Source: Octopus sinensis
Lineage: Eukaryota
Length of the DNA stretch: 36,264 bases
Assembly (NCBI RefSeq): GCF_006345805.1
Contig: NW_021826222.1
Location: 1-36,264 of the forward strand
Reading direction: 5' to 3'
In this document: piece after piece, positions 24,436 to 36,125 of the stretch
Numbering within the stretch: position 1 is the first letter of the stretch
How the letters are laid out: every line of letters starts with the position of its first letter
Notes under the pieces: generated by a model
Database searches by the model: none
Told to the model about the DNA's origin: nothing
Seen by the model: only the letters and a program-made list of their open reading frames with translations
Made by a program: the position numbers and the translations under genes

Positions 24436-25899
24436 TATCATGTCAGGTTGAATATAGGAAGGATGACTTCCGTTTTCAAATACTGATAGGGCACAGAAAG
24501 TGTGTCAATAGCCAGCTGGAGGAGGTGTCCTCCTGGGGTTACAAGCTACAGTAGCATCCACCCATATATTTATATATATACACATACATACGAACATAGC
24601 AGGTAACAGCTAACCTTTGGAGGCTGTTTTGGACCCCTGTGTGTCTACCACTCTGTTTGGTTGGTTGGTATTGGTGCAATTTGTCTCTTACTCTATCGCA
24701 CGCCAACATGCAACCTAACCAATCGCAGCCGCCAAATAGATCACGCGAGACAGTCTGTTCTAAACCCCATTTGAGCTTACCGTTAGCTATAGAAACTCAC
24801 CTCCTCCTAGTCTCGGAGTCTGTTGGTCCCAGACCTTCTAACACCTAACCACTGACCACATTACAGCGACATCCATCTTCGTCGCCACCATCATGTCTCT
24901 CACCAACGTCGTCAACAACATCTCTACACAGCACCGACAACACTGCACAGGTTCTAACATATCGCCGTTCGTGAGCTTCCTCACCAGAGTTAACAGCAAG
25001 CATACAACCCTCGCAGATGCATGTAGATATATGAATAAATGTCCATCAACCACTTCCATTTATCATTCAGCTTGTGTATATATACGTGTGGCCGGCATTA
25101 AAGACATTTAAAGTTACCGCCTTGTTCCATGTATTTCTTTATACCGTGTTCCTATCAACTGATATTACAGCCTTCTGAGTAGAGTCACATTAGATGGAAT
25201 GCAACCTATCCGTCTATATTGCTATACATACAGATCATATTATTGGTCATTGTGATATTGTAATATAGACATCATCCTCTCTAAACTATTAAGTTATCAA
25301 AATAATATAATAACGACATGTATATAAATGATATTTACCACGTGAACTATGATGAAAATGTACAAGAAAGATATGGTATATAATATTTTTTGTGCAGGAG
25401 TTCCTTGAGACATGTAATTTATTTTAAGGGTTACGCAAAGTTAAAAAGGTTGAGAAAAACTGAAAGATGATGGAATTGAATTCTGATGTTGTTATAATTA
25501 GATATGAAGATATCCATCATGACCACACTGTTAGAAGTAATGGTGTAGGCTTCGCATTGATATTCAGAAATGATTACAGCTAGAAATATTTTCTGCATAA
25601 TCTCGTATAATTACCAAATGTTGATGAACAAGTTTAAATAAACATTGATCCGTGATTTTCTTTTCTTTTTTTTTTTTAACAAAAACGTAATGACATTACC
25701 ACCCCAACTGAAGTCCGGCACAATCACAAAAACGACAAGCAAAAGTATGGTTTCTCAATAATAAATATGTGAGTGTATTAAAGAAACACAAAACGACTGT
25801 GGGTGTTTCCGGTGTTGACTTATGTCACTTCCGGATTCATAACTTATAGAAAACATCTTATTGAATTTCAATAAATAAATAAATGTGTATGTGTGTACG

Positions 25900-25934
<35 letters not shown>

Positions 25935-25980
25935 CATATACACATATACATATACATACATACATATATATATATGTATA

Positions 25981-26069
<89 letters not shown>

Positions 26070-26173
26070 ATATATATAATATATATATATATATACGTAT
26101 ATATATATATGTATGTATGTATGTATGTAAATATATATATATATATATGTATGTAAATATATATATATGTATG

Positions 26174-26204
<31 letters not shown>

Positions 26205-26240
26205 CACACACATATATCTATATATATATGTATATGTATT
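25900..26240. repeat. (TA)n/(TATG)n array
   Basis: Directly visible. Confidence 0.96.
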
Positions 26241-26422
26241 TAGACGCTAAACAGATTATTGAACAACCACCTGTGTATAAATATAAGCAAACTAACATTT
26301 GTTCTATCAGAAGCGCCGAAATATGCATTGTACGGTACTAACAAGATATTTTTTTCGAAAGCAGCAATACCGCTAGAACCGCAGAAATAGGGGGGTAAAT
26401 TACACTTACAAGGCAGAAAAAT

Positions 26423-26535
26423 TTCATCCTTTCGGGGTCGATAAATTAAGTACCAGTTGTGTACTGGGGTAGATCTAATCGACCGGTCCCCTCCCCCCCA
26501 AATTTCGGGCCTTGTGCCAAGAGTAGAAAAGAATA
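26423..26535 (+). mobile_element. SINE family A (A2 tail), 5'-truncated
   Basis: TTTCATCCTTTCGGGGTCGATAAATTAAGTACCAGTT core plus CAAATTTCGGGCCTTGTGCC tail. Confidence 0.9.
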
Positions 26536-26968
26536 CTGTTGGGACGACTAGAAATTGAACAATCGATGTTTTGCAAGGAATCCGTCGTCATTCCCAATGT
26601 GGCCATATAGCACATTCGTTCATCATCATGATTATCATAATTTTTGTTCGTGTGCTTTGGGTTAACGATCGTCTGTTGCTAGTTATCCGTGACCCTAAAG
26701 ATGAGTGTACTTACCGTTTTTGACCGGCCTTGTTTCTTTTTTTTTTTTTAAGACCCGCTGGATACTGGATTACTGTCAACCCACATCGTTAGGGTAGCAG
26801 TGTTGACAGCGACCTAGCAGGACAATAAATAAATAAATATAAATAAATAAATAAATATAAGGATGCCGGTTTCATAACCGTCAACCCGACTATATAACAG
26901 GTGATACTGGATTTCATGTAACATAGGACACAGCGCGACTTGGCACAAATATGCACCACGTTCACATC

Positions 26969-26969
26969 A

Positions 26970-27065
<96 letters not shown>

Positions 27066-27134
27066 GTCTGTCTAGCTGTCTGTCTGCCTGTCTGCCTGCC
27101 TGTCTGTCTTCTGCCCGTCCGTCTGTCTATCTAT

Positions 27135-27176
<42 letters not shown>

Positions 27177-27395
27177 GTCTGTCTGTCTGTCTGTTTGTCT
27201 GTGTGTCTGCCTGCCTGTCTGTCTGTGTGTCTGCCTGCCTGCCTATCTGTCTGTCTGTCTGTCTGCCCGTCCGTCCGTCTGTCTGTATGTCTGTATGTCT
27301 GTCTGTTTGTCTGTTTGTCTATCTATCTATCTATCTATCTATCTATATATCTATCTATCTATCTATCGATCTATCTATCTATCTATCTATCTAAT
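26969..27395. repeat. (TCTA)n/(TCTG)n/(CCTG)n compound array
   Basis: Directly visible. Confidence 0.97.
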
Positions 27396-27494
27396 TATCC
27401 ACCTGCATATTTACCTATCTACATACATATATACATATGCACGTGCATACGTACGCGTACACATAAATACACACATTCATTCGTTTAGGGATAC

Positions 27495-27609
27495 AAGTAT
27501 CGAAGTGAGTGACGTCACATAATTTTGGATTCAGTTCCACTGCACGGCACTGTGGGTGTCTTCTACTAACACACGAGGCTGACCACCGAAGCTGTGTGGA
27601 AGCCCGTCG

Positions 27610-27653
<44 letters not shown>

Positions 27654-27930
27654 AGTGTGTGTGTGTTTGTGTTTGTGTTTGTGTGTGCCTTTCTGTCTGT
27701 GTATATCTCCCACCACCGCTTGACAACCAATTTTGGTGCGTTTACGTCCCCGTGACTTAGGGGTTCGGCTAAAGTGACCGTCGGAATAAATACCAAGCTT
27801 AGCAAAAAAAAAAAAAAAAAAATGAGCACTGGGGTGTCAATTTATTCGACTACAAATTCTTCAAGGCGGTGCTCCAGCATGGCCGCAGTCTAATGACTGA
27901 AACAAGTAAAGAAATAAATAAAAAATAAAA
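27495..27930 (+). mobile_element. SINE family B, diverged, with internal (GT)n
   Basis: GTGTCTTCTACTA, GAAGCCCGTCG, CGCTTGACAACC and GGCGGTGCTCCAGCATGGCCGCAGTC motifs. Confidence 0.85.
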
Positions 27931-28243
27931 GGTACATAGAACCACACATGCAATGATACACACTGCATGTGCTTGCACACAGACACACACATATGCACAG
28001 AAACAAAACTCACACACACACACACACACCACACACACACAACACACACACACACACACACACACAAACAAGTGAAATAGTAAGAAAGTGATAGTGAGCG
28101 CGTAATCGATATTTTTTATGGAAATGTATCTATTTTTTTTTTCACTTCGGAAGTAAGTAAACATGGCGTCTAAAATTTTTCTTTCTACAAATTTCTCTCC
28201 ATACGTCGTTTTTTTCCCCCTTCTGTTCAACTACGTTTGATGT

Positions 28244-28438
28244 TCATTGTATTTTTAGTGAGAAGAAAGCAACAGATTCAAGAATTCTTCCTCTCAGCTC
28301 CCCACCCCCAGGCGGCACAAATTTTAACCACTGACTACAATGGCTATAAAGGTTTCCATCCGACGAGGAATACTCTACCTCAGTGTTTATGAAACCACCT
28401 TCGGTTTGATGTATTTCACCATCTATCTCCTTATTCAC
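28244..28438 (-). CDS. Candidate terminal coding exon of an unidentified host gene (64 aa)
   Basis: The open frame begins exactly after a 3' splice site (TTTTTACAG|GTG), and the other two frames close immediately. The peptide VNKEIDGEIHQTEGGFINTEVEYSSSDGNLYSHCSQWLKF... is complex and non-repetitive. No family was recognised. Confidence 0.4.
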   Translation of the reverse strand: MNKEIDGEIHQTEGGFINTEVEYSSSDGNLYSHCSQWLKFVPPGGGELRGRILESVAFFSLKIQ

Positions 28439-28734
28439 CTGTAAAAATATATACCAAATAATCGTTATCTATAAAAACCCATGTCACAACCAAACTGTTT
28501 GGTTTCAGATCGCATAAGAGCGGTAGTTTTTTTCCCCCTTTCATGTGTCTGTTTTTATCAAAATAGTCCATTATTTCCAATGGAAAAACACTGCATTACT
28601 TGTCAATGCATATACGGGCATATGAAATGAATGTACGTATACATTGTGTGTGAACACACACACACACACACACATATATATATGCATATATATATTGTAT
28701 ATATATGATATATATGTATATATATATGTATATA

Positions 28735-28796
<62 letters not shown>

Positions 28797-28828
28797 ATAT
28801 AATATATATATACATACATACATATATT

Positions 28829-28945
28829 CGACGGGCTTCTTTCAGTTTTCCGTCTACTAAATCCATTCACAAGGCTTTGGTCGGCCCGAGGCTATAGTAG
28901 AAGACACTTGCCCAAGGTGCCACGCAGTGGGAATGAACCGGAACC
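28829..28945 (-). mobile_element. SINE family B, 5' half
   Basis: CGACGGGCTTCTTTCAGTTT..CACAAGGCTTTGGTCGGCCCGAGGCTATAGTAGAAGACACTTGCCCAAGG is the reverse complement of the family B head. Confidence 0.9.
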
Positions 28946-29131
28946 TGTGTATGTAGTTATGTATTTGAAAGCAAACATTCATGCATGCATACATACATAC
29001 TCACAAACACCCACCACACCACACACATGCATGCTGGAATGCATTTTGTGGGTGTATATATACATATAAATAATATATAATATATATAATATATATATTA
29101 TATATATATATTATATAATATATATTATATA

Positions 29132-29184
<53 letters not shown>

Positions 29185-29325
29185 TATTAGAAGATTTGGA
29201 GATGACGTACAGTTATTATATATTAGAAGAAATGATGGGTACTCAGAAATCTGGATGGTTTTATATTTATAGATATTTATTAGTATGTTATATATATATA
29301 TATAAATATACATACATACATACAT

Positions 29326-29403
<78 letters not shown>

Positions 29404-29879
29404 ATGTCAACGAAGTTTTTCTTTTAGGCATATCTTTTTTACGAGAACAGAAAAGAGAGAGGCCTAAAAACAAAGGGGTCAAACTGCTTAATTATTTAAA
29501 CAGAAAACAACGGAGACAGACTTCGTGGTGTCTACAATCTGATGTAGTTAGTATACGGAACTACTTTTTGCGGCGTGTTTGTTCGACGTACATCACAACA
29601 CACACTTATAAATAAATTCAGAGAGACAGGTTTTGCCCGAAGAGGTTTCTGCTTCGATAATCTTTCGACTATTTATCACCTCTGATATCACTTCTCGATA
29701 CTTATTTATCGCTTCTGATATCACCTCCATGAATCACTTAATAGCCGGTCGTTGAACATGCGCGAGAGAAAAAGCATAAAACGTCTACTAAACATGGTGT
29801 TGCTATGACTATTTAAGCCGCGTCATAGCTGTGATGACAAGTTAGTAGCAGTAGTCGCAGTAGTAATCGTTGTTGCTTA

Positions 29880-30062
29880 GTCCAGGATCGATCTTCGTAG
29901 TGCAGACGTACACATTTTGTGACTGGTCCATAACTGATTGTACCGCATTCTTTTTCAAGGATAGTGTATCTAGGATTATACTTTCCAGTGTGCACTCCCC
30001 ATTTTCAAAGGGATTTGGCTGCTATTTCAAGTAGATTGAATGACCACGTAAAGGTTCCCAAA
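29880..30062 (-). mobile_element. SINE-like family E fragment (related plus-strand pieces at about 31225-31395 and 31440-31500)
   Basis: The motif GAAATAGCAG(C/T)(C/A)AAA recurs three times in the window with partly similar flanks. Confidence 0.45.
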
Positions 30063-30099
30063 TTGACTCCTACCTGGATTAGTATTAACGGCTGTAGTA

Positions 30100-30105
30100 G
30101 CAATG

Positions 30106-30153
<48 letters not shown>

Positions 30154-30205
30154 TGGTGGTAGTGGTGGTAATACTGTTGTTGTTGTTGGTGGTGGTGTGG
30201 TGGTA
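30100..30205. repeat. (GTA)n/(GTG)n/(GTT)n array
   Basis: Directly visible. Confidence 0.95.
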
Positions 30206-30215
30206 GAAGCAGTTA

Positions 30216-30737
30216 CTGTAAATCCTCGAGTATAGTCCGCCCTTGAGTATAATACGTAGGGGATTTTTGGTGGGTTGTACTTCTGAAAAACTTAAACCTT
30301 GTGTATAATGCGCACCCCTTCCCTAACTTGAGTCGTGCGTAATTAAGCCAGCAGCACCTAGTCGAACAAACACATTCGCGCATGCGTAATACAATAATGG
30401 TGATGTTCTTAACTGTTATATGGGAATGTAAATATATTTGCAAATTGTTTTTGCTACATGTTATTCTGTGTTCTGAATACTTTTATTTTACTAAATGTTG
30501 CTTACTACAAGATATGGATGATCCTTTTATGACTTCATTGCTTTCAGGCTTAGCTTAAGGTATTTTCGCGCCCGACATTACAAAATGCGTCTGAATAACC
30601 ATTGCTGGACAACAAATAGAGACTCGGACATTGCTTAGAAGATATTTTTTCATTTTTAACCTCGTATATAGTACGCTCTAGGGATTTTGATCTTTAAATT
30701 TTGGGAAAAAATGCGGATTATACTCGAGGATTTACGG
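30216..30737 (+). mobile_element. pogo/Tigger-like MITE (522 bp)
   Basis: TIRs CTGTAAATCCTCGAGTATAGTCCGC and GCGGATTATACTCGAGGATTTACGG (23/25 identical), TA duplication, and internal sub-terminal TIR-like copies. Confidence 0.88.
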
Positions 30738-30969
30738 TATTCTAGCTGTAAACTTTGGTAATAAAATTTTGTTTGCAAACACCTACAATCTTTATTCATC
30801 GAACTAATTAACTGATAGATGTGAATTGAAATGTCTTACCTGTGCAGTCATCTATAGCGACAACTCTCATTTACTATGGTAACTGGTCATTCGCAAACCA
30901 ATATAATTACTGGTATTTTTGGAAAATAGCGTTAACTGTGCGCAGAAGCTGCCATTAAAACCATTCATT

Positions 30970-31183
30970 GGCTTCAGATTTTAGCACAAGGCCAGAAATT
31001 TTCAGGGAAGGAGGTAAGTCGATTATATCGACCCCAGTTTACAACTGGTACTTGTTTTATCGACCCCGGAAGGATGAAAGGCAAAGTCGACCTGGGCGGA
31101 ATTTGAACCCAGAACGAAAAGACGGATGAAATACCGCCAAGCATTTTGCCCGGCGTGCTAACTGTTCTGCCATCTCACCGCCC
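30970..31183 (-). mobile_element. SINE family A (A2 tail), full length
   Basis: Complete head, B box, core and tail, reverse-complemented. Confidence 0.92.
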
Positions 31184-31940
31184 GTTAGCGGCGTACATTA
31201 TGCTGAGGGCAGAACTACGCTGTTGCTCAAAGTGCAAGAAATAGCAGCAAAACTAACTTCAAATCACACCAAGCCGTTTTAAAATAATAATGGATACATC
31301 AGACTATATAGCCCTTAATATACAAAAAGACTGGATGGTCACGGCCAGGTCGCCTTTCATAATAGGCCTGTTGGATTTGGGGTAAAACAATCAACTGTCA
31401 TATGAGGCTGAGTCAACGATTGATCGTCTATATAGCTATTTTTCCTGTTAGAAATAGCAGTAAAATCTCTCTAACACCACTACTGTCTTAAACGCGAAAG
31501 TGACAATTAACTAATGTCGTTGCAAGAGAACAGAAAGAAGAGTTTTCAACAGACAAATATTAAAAATGGAAAAATAAAAATAAAAACTTTAACAATTTTA
31601 TTGCCACAAGACAGAGACAAAGATATTGATATAATGGAGCCAAAAAAATCGACTTTATTGATGGCAACAAGACCGCGTGTACACATACACACAAACGCAC
31701 ACGAATTTCACCAATAAAGACATTTCCGTTTGTAACGTTGCTAAAAGCAGTCACAGACTAATCAAGAGTGAATTAGTAGAGGGCAGGTTACTACGTCAGA
31801 CTTATGCGTCGAAAGAATTTGCTATTCTTCTTGGCCATGTTGTTAAGAAAAGGAACGGATGAGACCTCCTTGCCCACCAAAAACGCATGTCTTACTAAAG
31901 ACATGGTACGTTCCTATGTACCAACAAGCCATTAGTTTCA

Positions 31941-32505
31941 TATTTCTTTACTGCCCACAAGGGGCTACACACAGAAGGGACAGACAAAGATAGACAAACG
32001 GTTTAAGTCGATTACATCGACCCCAGTGCGTAACTGGTACTTATTTAATCGACCCCGAAAGGATGAAAGGCAAACTCGACCGCGGCGGAATTTGTACTCA
32101 GAACGTAGCGTCAGACGAAATACCTATTTCTTTACTACCCACAAGGGGCTAAACACAGAGAGGACAAACAAGTACAGACAAACGGATTAAGTCGATTATA
32201 TCGACTCCAATGCGTAACTGGCAAAGCCGACCTCGGCGGAATTTGAACTCAGAAGGTAACGGCAGACGAAATACCTATTTCTTTATTACCCACAAGGGGC
32301 TAAACACAGAGGGGACAAACACGGACAGACATAGGTATTAAGTCGATTACATCGACCCCAGTGCGTAACTGGTACTTAATTTATCGACCCCGAAAGGATG
32401 AAAGGCAAAGTCGACCTCGGCGGAATTTGAACTCACAACGTGACGCAGACGAAATACCACTAAGTATTTCACCCGGCGCGCTAACGTTTCTGCCAGCTCG
32501 CCGCC
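31941..32505 (-). mobile_element. SINE family A1 tandem trimer
   Basis: Units 31941-32124 (184 bp), 32125-32275 (151 bp, internal deletion) and 32276-32458 (183 bp), plus a single 5' head at 32459-32505. Both junctions read GAAATACC|TATTTC. Confidence 0.93.
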
Positions 32506-32851
32506 TTTAAGCTTTAGTTTCAAGTGAGCTTAGTGTTTCAAGTGAGCTTAGTCGATGCTCGCAAGGATATTGCCTCAATTAGTAGAGACAAAATATACGA
32601 ACCTGTATGTAGAGCTTTCGGGAACGAGGAGGAGACATGCAAATAGGTGAAGCTAGTTCGATACGAACTTGTTTCGCCTATTTGAATCATTCGTCTTTAT
32701 TCTTACTCATGCACGTTTGTCACAGTCGTTGGGCGACTGAAATACAGGGTCAAAATGTAGGATGACGGCAATGACATTGGACAGTGAACGTTTTTGTGAA
32801 GCAAAATCCACTGTAAATATTTTAAGATCGGGAAAATTATATAATTATATA

Positions 32852-33234
32852 GGCGCATGAGTGGCTGTGTAGTAGGTAGCTTGCTTACCAACCACATGGT
32901 TCCAGGTTCAGTCTCACTGCGTGGTACCTTGGGCAAGTGTCTTCTACTATAGCGTTGGGCCGATCAAAGCCTTGTGAGTGGATTTGGCAGACGGAAACTG
33001 AAAGGAGCCCGTCATATATATGTGTGTATGATTGTGTGTCTGTATTTGTCCCCCCAACATCGCTTGACAACCGATGCTGGTGTGTTTACGTCTCCGTAAC
33101 TTAGCGGTTCGGCAAAAGAGACCGATAGAATAAGTACTAAGCTTACAAAGGAATAAGTCCTGGGGTCGATTTGCTCGACTAAAGGCGGTGCTCCAGCATG
33201 GTCGCAGTCAAATGACTGAAACAAGTAAAAGAGT

Positions 33235-33240
<6 letters not shown>
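32852..33240 (+). mobile_element. SINE family B, full length, followed by (AG)n to 33288
   Basis: Colinear with 12644-13110 but with only a short internal microsatellite. Confidence 0.93.
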
Positions 33241-33293
<53 letters not shown>

Positions 33294-33498
33294 GGTAATG
33301 TAAAGGTATTAAAAACTTCAGATTAATTGCGTTAGAGACAAAACGCAGAAAGGATAAAAATCCCTAATGTAGGGAAATTTCAAACAAAGGAAGAAAAGGC
33401 TACAAGTGGCTGCTTTTGAAAATGTACCAAAAAATATTCGTGAGGCTGTTTCAAAGCATTTTAATAAATGTTTAGAAACACGATATTTGATGAATTTG

Positions 33499-33728
33499 GC
33501 GGCGAGCTGGCAGAGTCGTTAGCACGCCGGGCGAAATGCGTAGGCGTATTTCGTCTGCCGTTACGTTCTGAGTTCAAATTCCGCCGAGGTCGACTTTGCC
33601 TTTCATCCTTTCGGGGTCGATAAATTAAGTACCAGTTACGCACGGGGGTCGATATAATCGACTTAATCCGTTTGTCTGTCCTTGTTTGTCCTCTCTCTGT
33701 TTAGCCCCTTGTGAGTAGTAAAGAAATA
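33499..33728 (+). mobile_element. SINE family A1, full length, young
   Basis: Exact 17-bp TSD GATATTTGATGAATTTG (33482-33498, 33729-33745). Confidence 0.96.
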
Positions 33729-34777
33729 GATATTTGATGAATTTGAAAAATCAAGAATAGAAAACTTATGTTGGAAAGATGGATACTAAACATGCAAAGT
33801 GTGGTGTGAATATGTAGTTAAAGAAAGGGTTTGAACTGGTGAAGAATTAGTAAGTTTGATTTGTGCTGTAGTAATGGGCAGATGGTGTTACCATTTGTTT
33901 TTGATTCACTCCCCAGAGCTGAAAGGTCCTTTAACTTAAAAAGGCATCAACTTCAAAGCCTAAAATTACATCACAACACTTAGCTTTATCTTTTACATCC
34001 TCAGACGTAATGGCGCTTAAGACAGCAATTCAAATAGCAACTATGTGTATATATATCCATTAAGTACATGGTCGGGTATTTCATTGATTACCTTCAAATT
34101 TAATTTGTTCCGAAAAATCAAGAATCGAGATATTCTCAACTACACATTTATGACACAACATATCAACTGGATCGAAGCATGCAGATACTTCTTTATATTG
34201 ACTGAGAAATCACGGGATCACTTCACGCTATGATGTTTGCGATAACGAGCTTGTAGGATAATATAGCAAAGAATACTTGGATGCATTTAATACTCGACAA
34301 TTTCAATGGTGATTTCTGAAAATATAGAAGTCCTTTTATTTGAAATTCAAAGACACAATCAGCCCATTGCAAAAGTTGTAGTAATTATGGCAGATACTGA
34401 GTTGCAAACCATGGAACCTGAACGACACATTAGGCTACGTAAATGAGGTGTTGTAGGAAAGGTTTCAACTTCAAACAATAAAATGTATTCATCTAAATTA
34501 TGACCGTTGCAACTTCCATTGCCATTTCCATTTGGTGATAAAAGATGGAAAGCTGGCTTAACGTGATGTTTCATGAAAAACCAAGAAAATAACACAAATG
34601 GATTATTACAAATACAAGTTTATGCTACGAGAAAATAATTTCAATTAGCTTTATTACTGAAGTCTTTTATCTTAGGAATTTTATTATGATATATTTTCTA
34701 AATTTAAGGAAGCTAGGTTACGAAAACTACTTACAATCAAATCCTTTATGATACCAAAGATTATGAAATTGAATATA

Positions 34778-35210
34778 GGCCTTAAATTTTGGCATAAGGC
34801 CAGCAGGTTCGAGGAGGGGATAAATCGCTTACATCGACCATAGTGCTCAGCTGGTCCTTATTTTACCGATCTGAAAAGGTTGAAAGGTAAAGTTGACCTC
34901 GGCGGAAATTGAACTCAGAATGTAAAGACGGGCGAAACGCTGCTAAGCATTTTCTTCGGCGTGCTGACAGTTCTGCCATCTCGTCGGCTTAGTGCTAAAA
35001 GAAATATTAGCTTCAAATTTTGGCTCAAGGCCAGCAAGTGCAGGGGGTGGGGAAAATCCGATTGCTCAACTGGGACTTTTTTTTTATCGACCCAGAAAAG
35101 ATGAAAGATAAAGCTTGACCTCGACGGAATTTGAACACAGGGCGTAAGGACGGATGAAAACCTGCTAAACATTTAGCCCGGCATTCTAGCCATTATGCCA
35201 GCTCGTCGCC
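34778..35210 (-). mobile_element. Two adjacent SINE family A (A2 tail) copies: 34778-34988 and 35009-35210
   Basis: Each has tail, core, B box and head in reverse complement. Confidence 0.88.
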
Positions 35211-35262
35211 TTACTGAAGCTGTGTATACATATATATATACACATACATACATATACATACA

Positions 35263-35315
<53 letters not shown>

Positions 35316-35316
35316 G

Positions 35317-35361
<45 letters not shown>

Positions 35362-35379
35362 TATATTTGTATTTATATA

Positions 35380-35764
35380 TCTCTCTCTATATAAACGGCA
35401 GTTTGTCTGTGTGTGTCTCTGTGTGTCTGTTAGGTTGTACCCTCACCCTGACCCAGCTTTCAACCGATTCTGATGAAACTGACACACACATAGCCCAATG
35501 TCATAATTCAAAACTAACGCAGCCCGAAAATTTTTGAAAAGTTCCCCCAGTTCTGAAAAAAGTCGATAAATTCGACATGGGTCGAGAATCAGGAACACAA
35601 ATCGCAAACTGTGTAGGGGACGGCAACTCCACCTTTTTTAACTATCAAAAAAAAATTTACCATAATTTTTTTTCCATTTTTTGCTGTTTTTTGGCTATAA
35701 CTCTCTAAAAATGCTTTATATTATTTCCCTTACAAACCTGAGCAACGCCGGGCGATACTGCTAG
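35380..35764 (+). mobile_element. Non-autonomous Helitron
   Basis: 5' A|TC..CTATATAAA start, short (GT/CT) tract, TTCAACCGATTCTGATGAAAC motif, 3' hairpin-like CCTGAGCAACGCCGGG (35737-35752), and terminal CTAG|T at 35761-35765. Confidence 0.8.
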
Positions 35765-35797
35765 TATATATATCTATAATATCGTTATAAATGTAAT

Positions 35798-36125
35798 ATT
35801 CTTTTCTATTCTAGGCACAAAGCCCGAAATTTTGGAGGACGGATCGACTCCGTACGCAACTGGTACTTAATTTATCGACCCTGAAAGGATGAAGGGCAAA
35901 GTCGACCTCGGCGGAATTTGAACTCAGAACGTAGCGGCAGGCGAAATACCTTCTCCTTTAGTACCCACGAGCTAAACACAGAGGGGACAAACAAGGACAG
36001 ACAAACGGATTAAGTCGATTATATCGACCCCAGTGCATAACTAGTACTTATTTAATCAACCCCGAAAGGATGAATGGCAAAGTCGACCTCGGTGGAATTT
36101 GAACTCAGAACGTAGCGACAGACGA
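35798..36125 (-). mobile_element. SINE family A dimer (A1-tailed unit joined to an A2-tailed unit)
   Basis: Junction GAAATACC|TTCTC at 35950/35951; the distal end stops at TCGTCTGTCG (sense strand), the same restart region as in the trimer. Confidence 0.88.

Larger units (their letters stand above)
23922..24563. mobile_element. Doubly inverted non-coding element (X-Y-X'-Y') carrying two hammerhead motifs; probable PLE terminus derivative
   Basis: X 23922-23972 versus X' 24241-24291 (48/51 identical); Y 24009-24242 versus Y' 24330-24563 (234 bp, roughly 85% identical by eye); (TA)n on both flanks. Confidence 0.85.

Noticed and set aside
23758-25462. One large hAT element bracketing the ribozyme insert (GGGGTTCC.CGG motifs at left, GGTTGAGAAAAACTG at right)
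   Set aside because: The left TIR is broken and there is no matching 8-bp TSD; at most two separate remnants.
30840-30870. Minus-strand ATG mini-exon MRVVAIDDCT followed by a CAG|GTAAG donor
   Set aside because: Its phase is incompatible with the 28438 acceptor (it would give an immediate stop), and there is no other support.
32518-32552. 17-bp tandem duplication TTTCAAGTGAGCTTAGT (and a duplication of about 32 bp at 29670-29730)
   Set aside because: Two-copy local duplications with no spacers; not CRISPR-like and not otherwise informative.
34359-34595. Complex-looking ORF (similar cases at 23152-23403, 3938-4204 and 4201-4437)
   Set aside because: No recognisable domain and no consistent splice boundaries.
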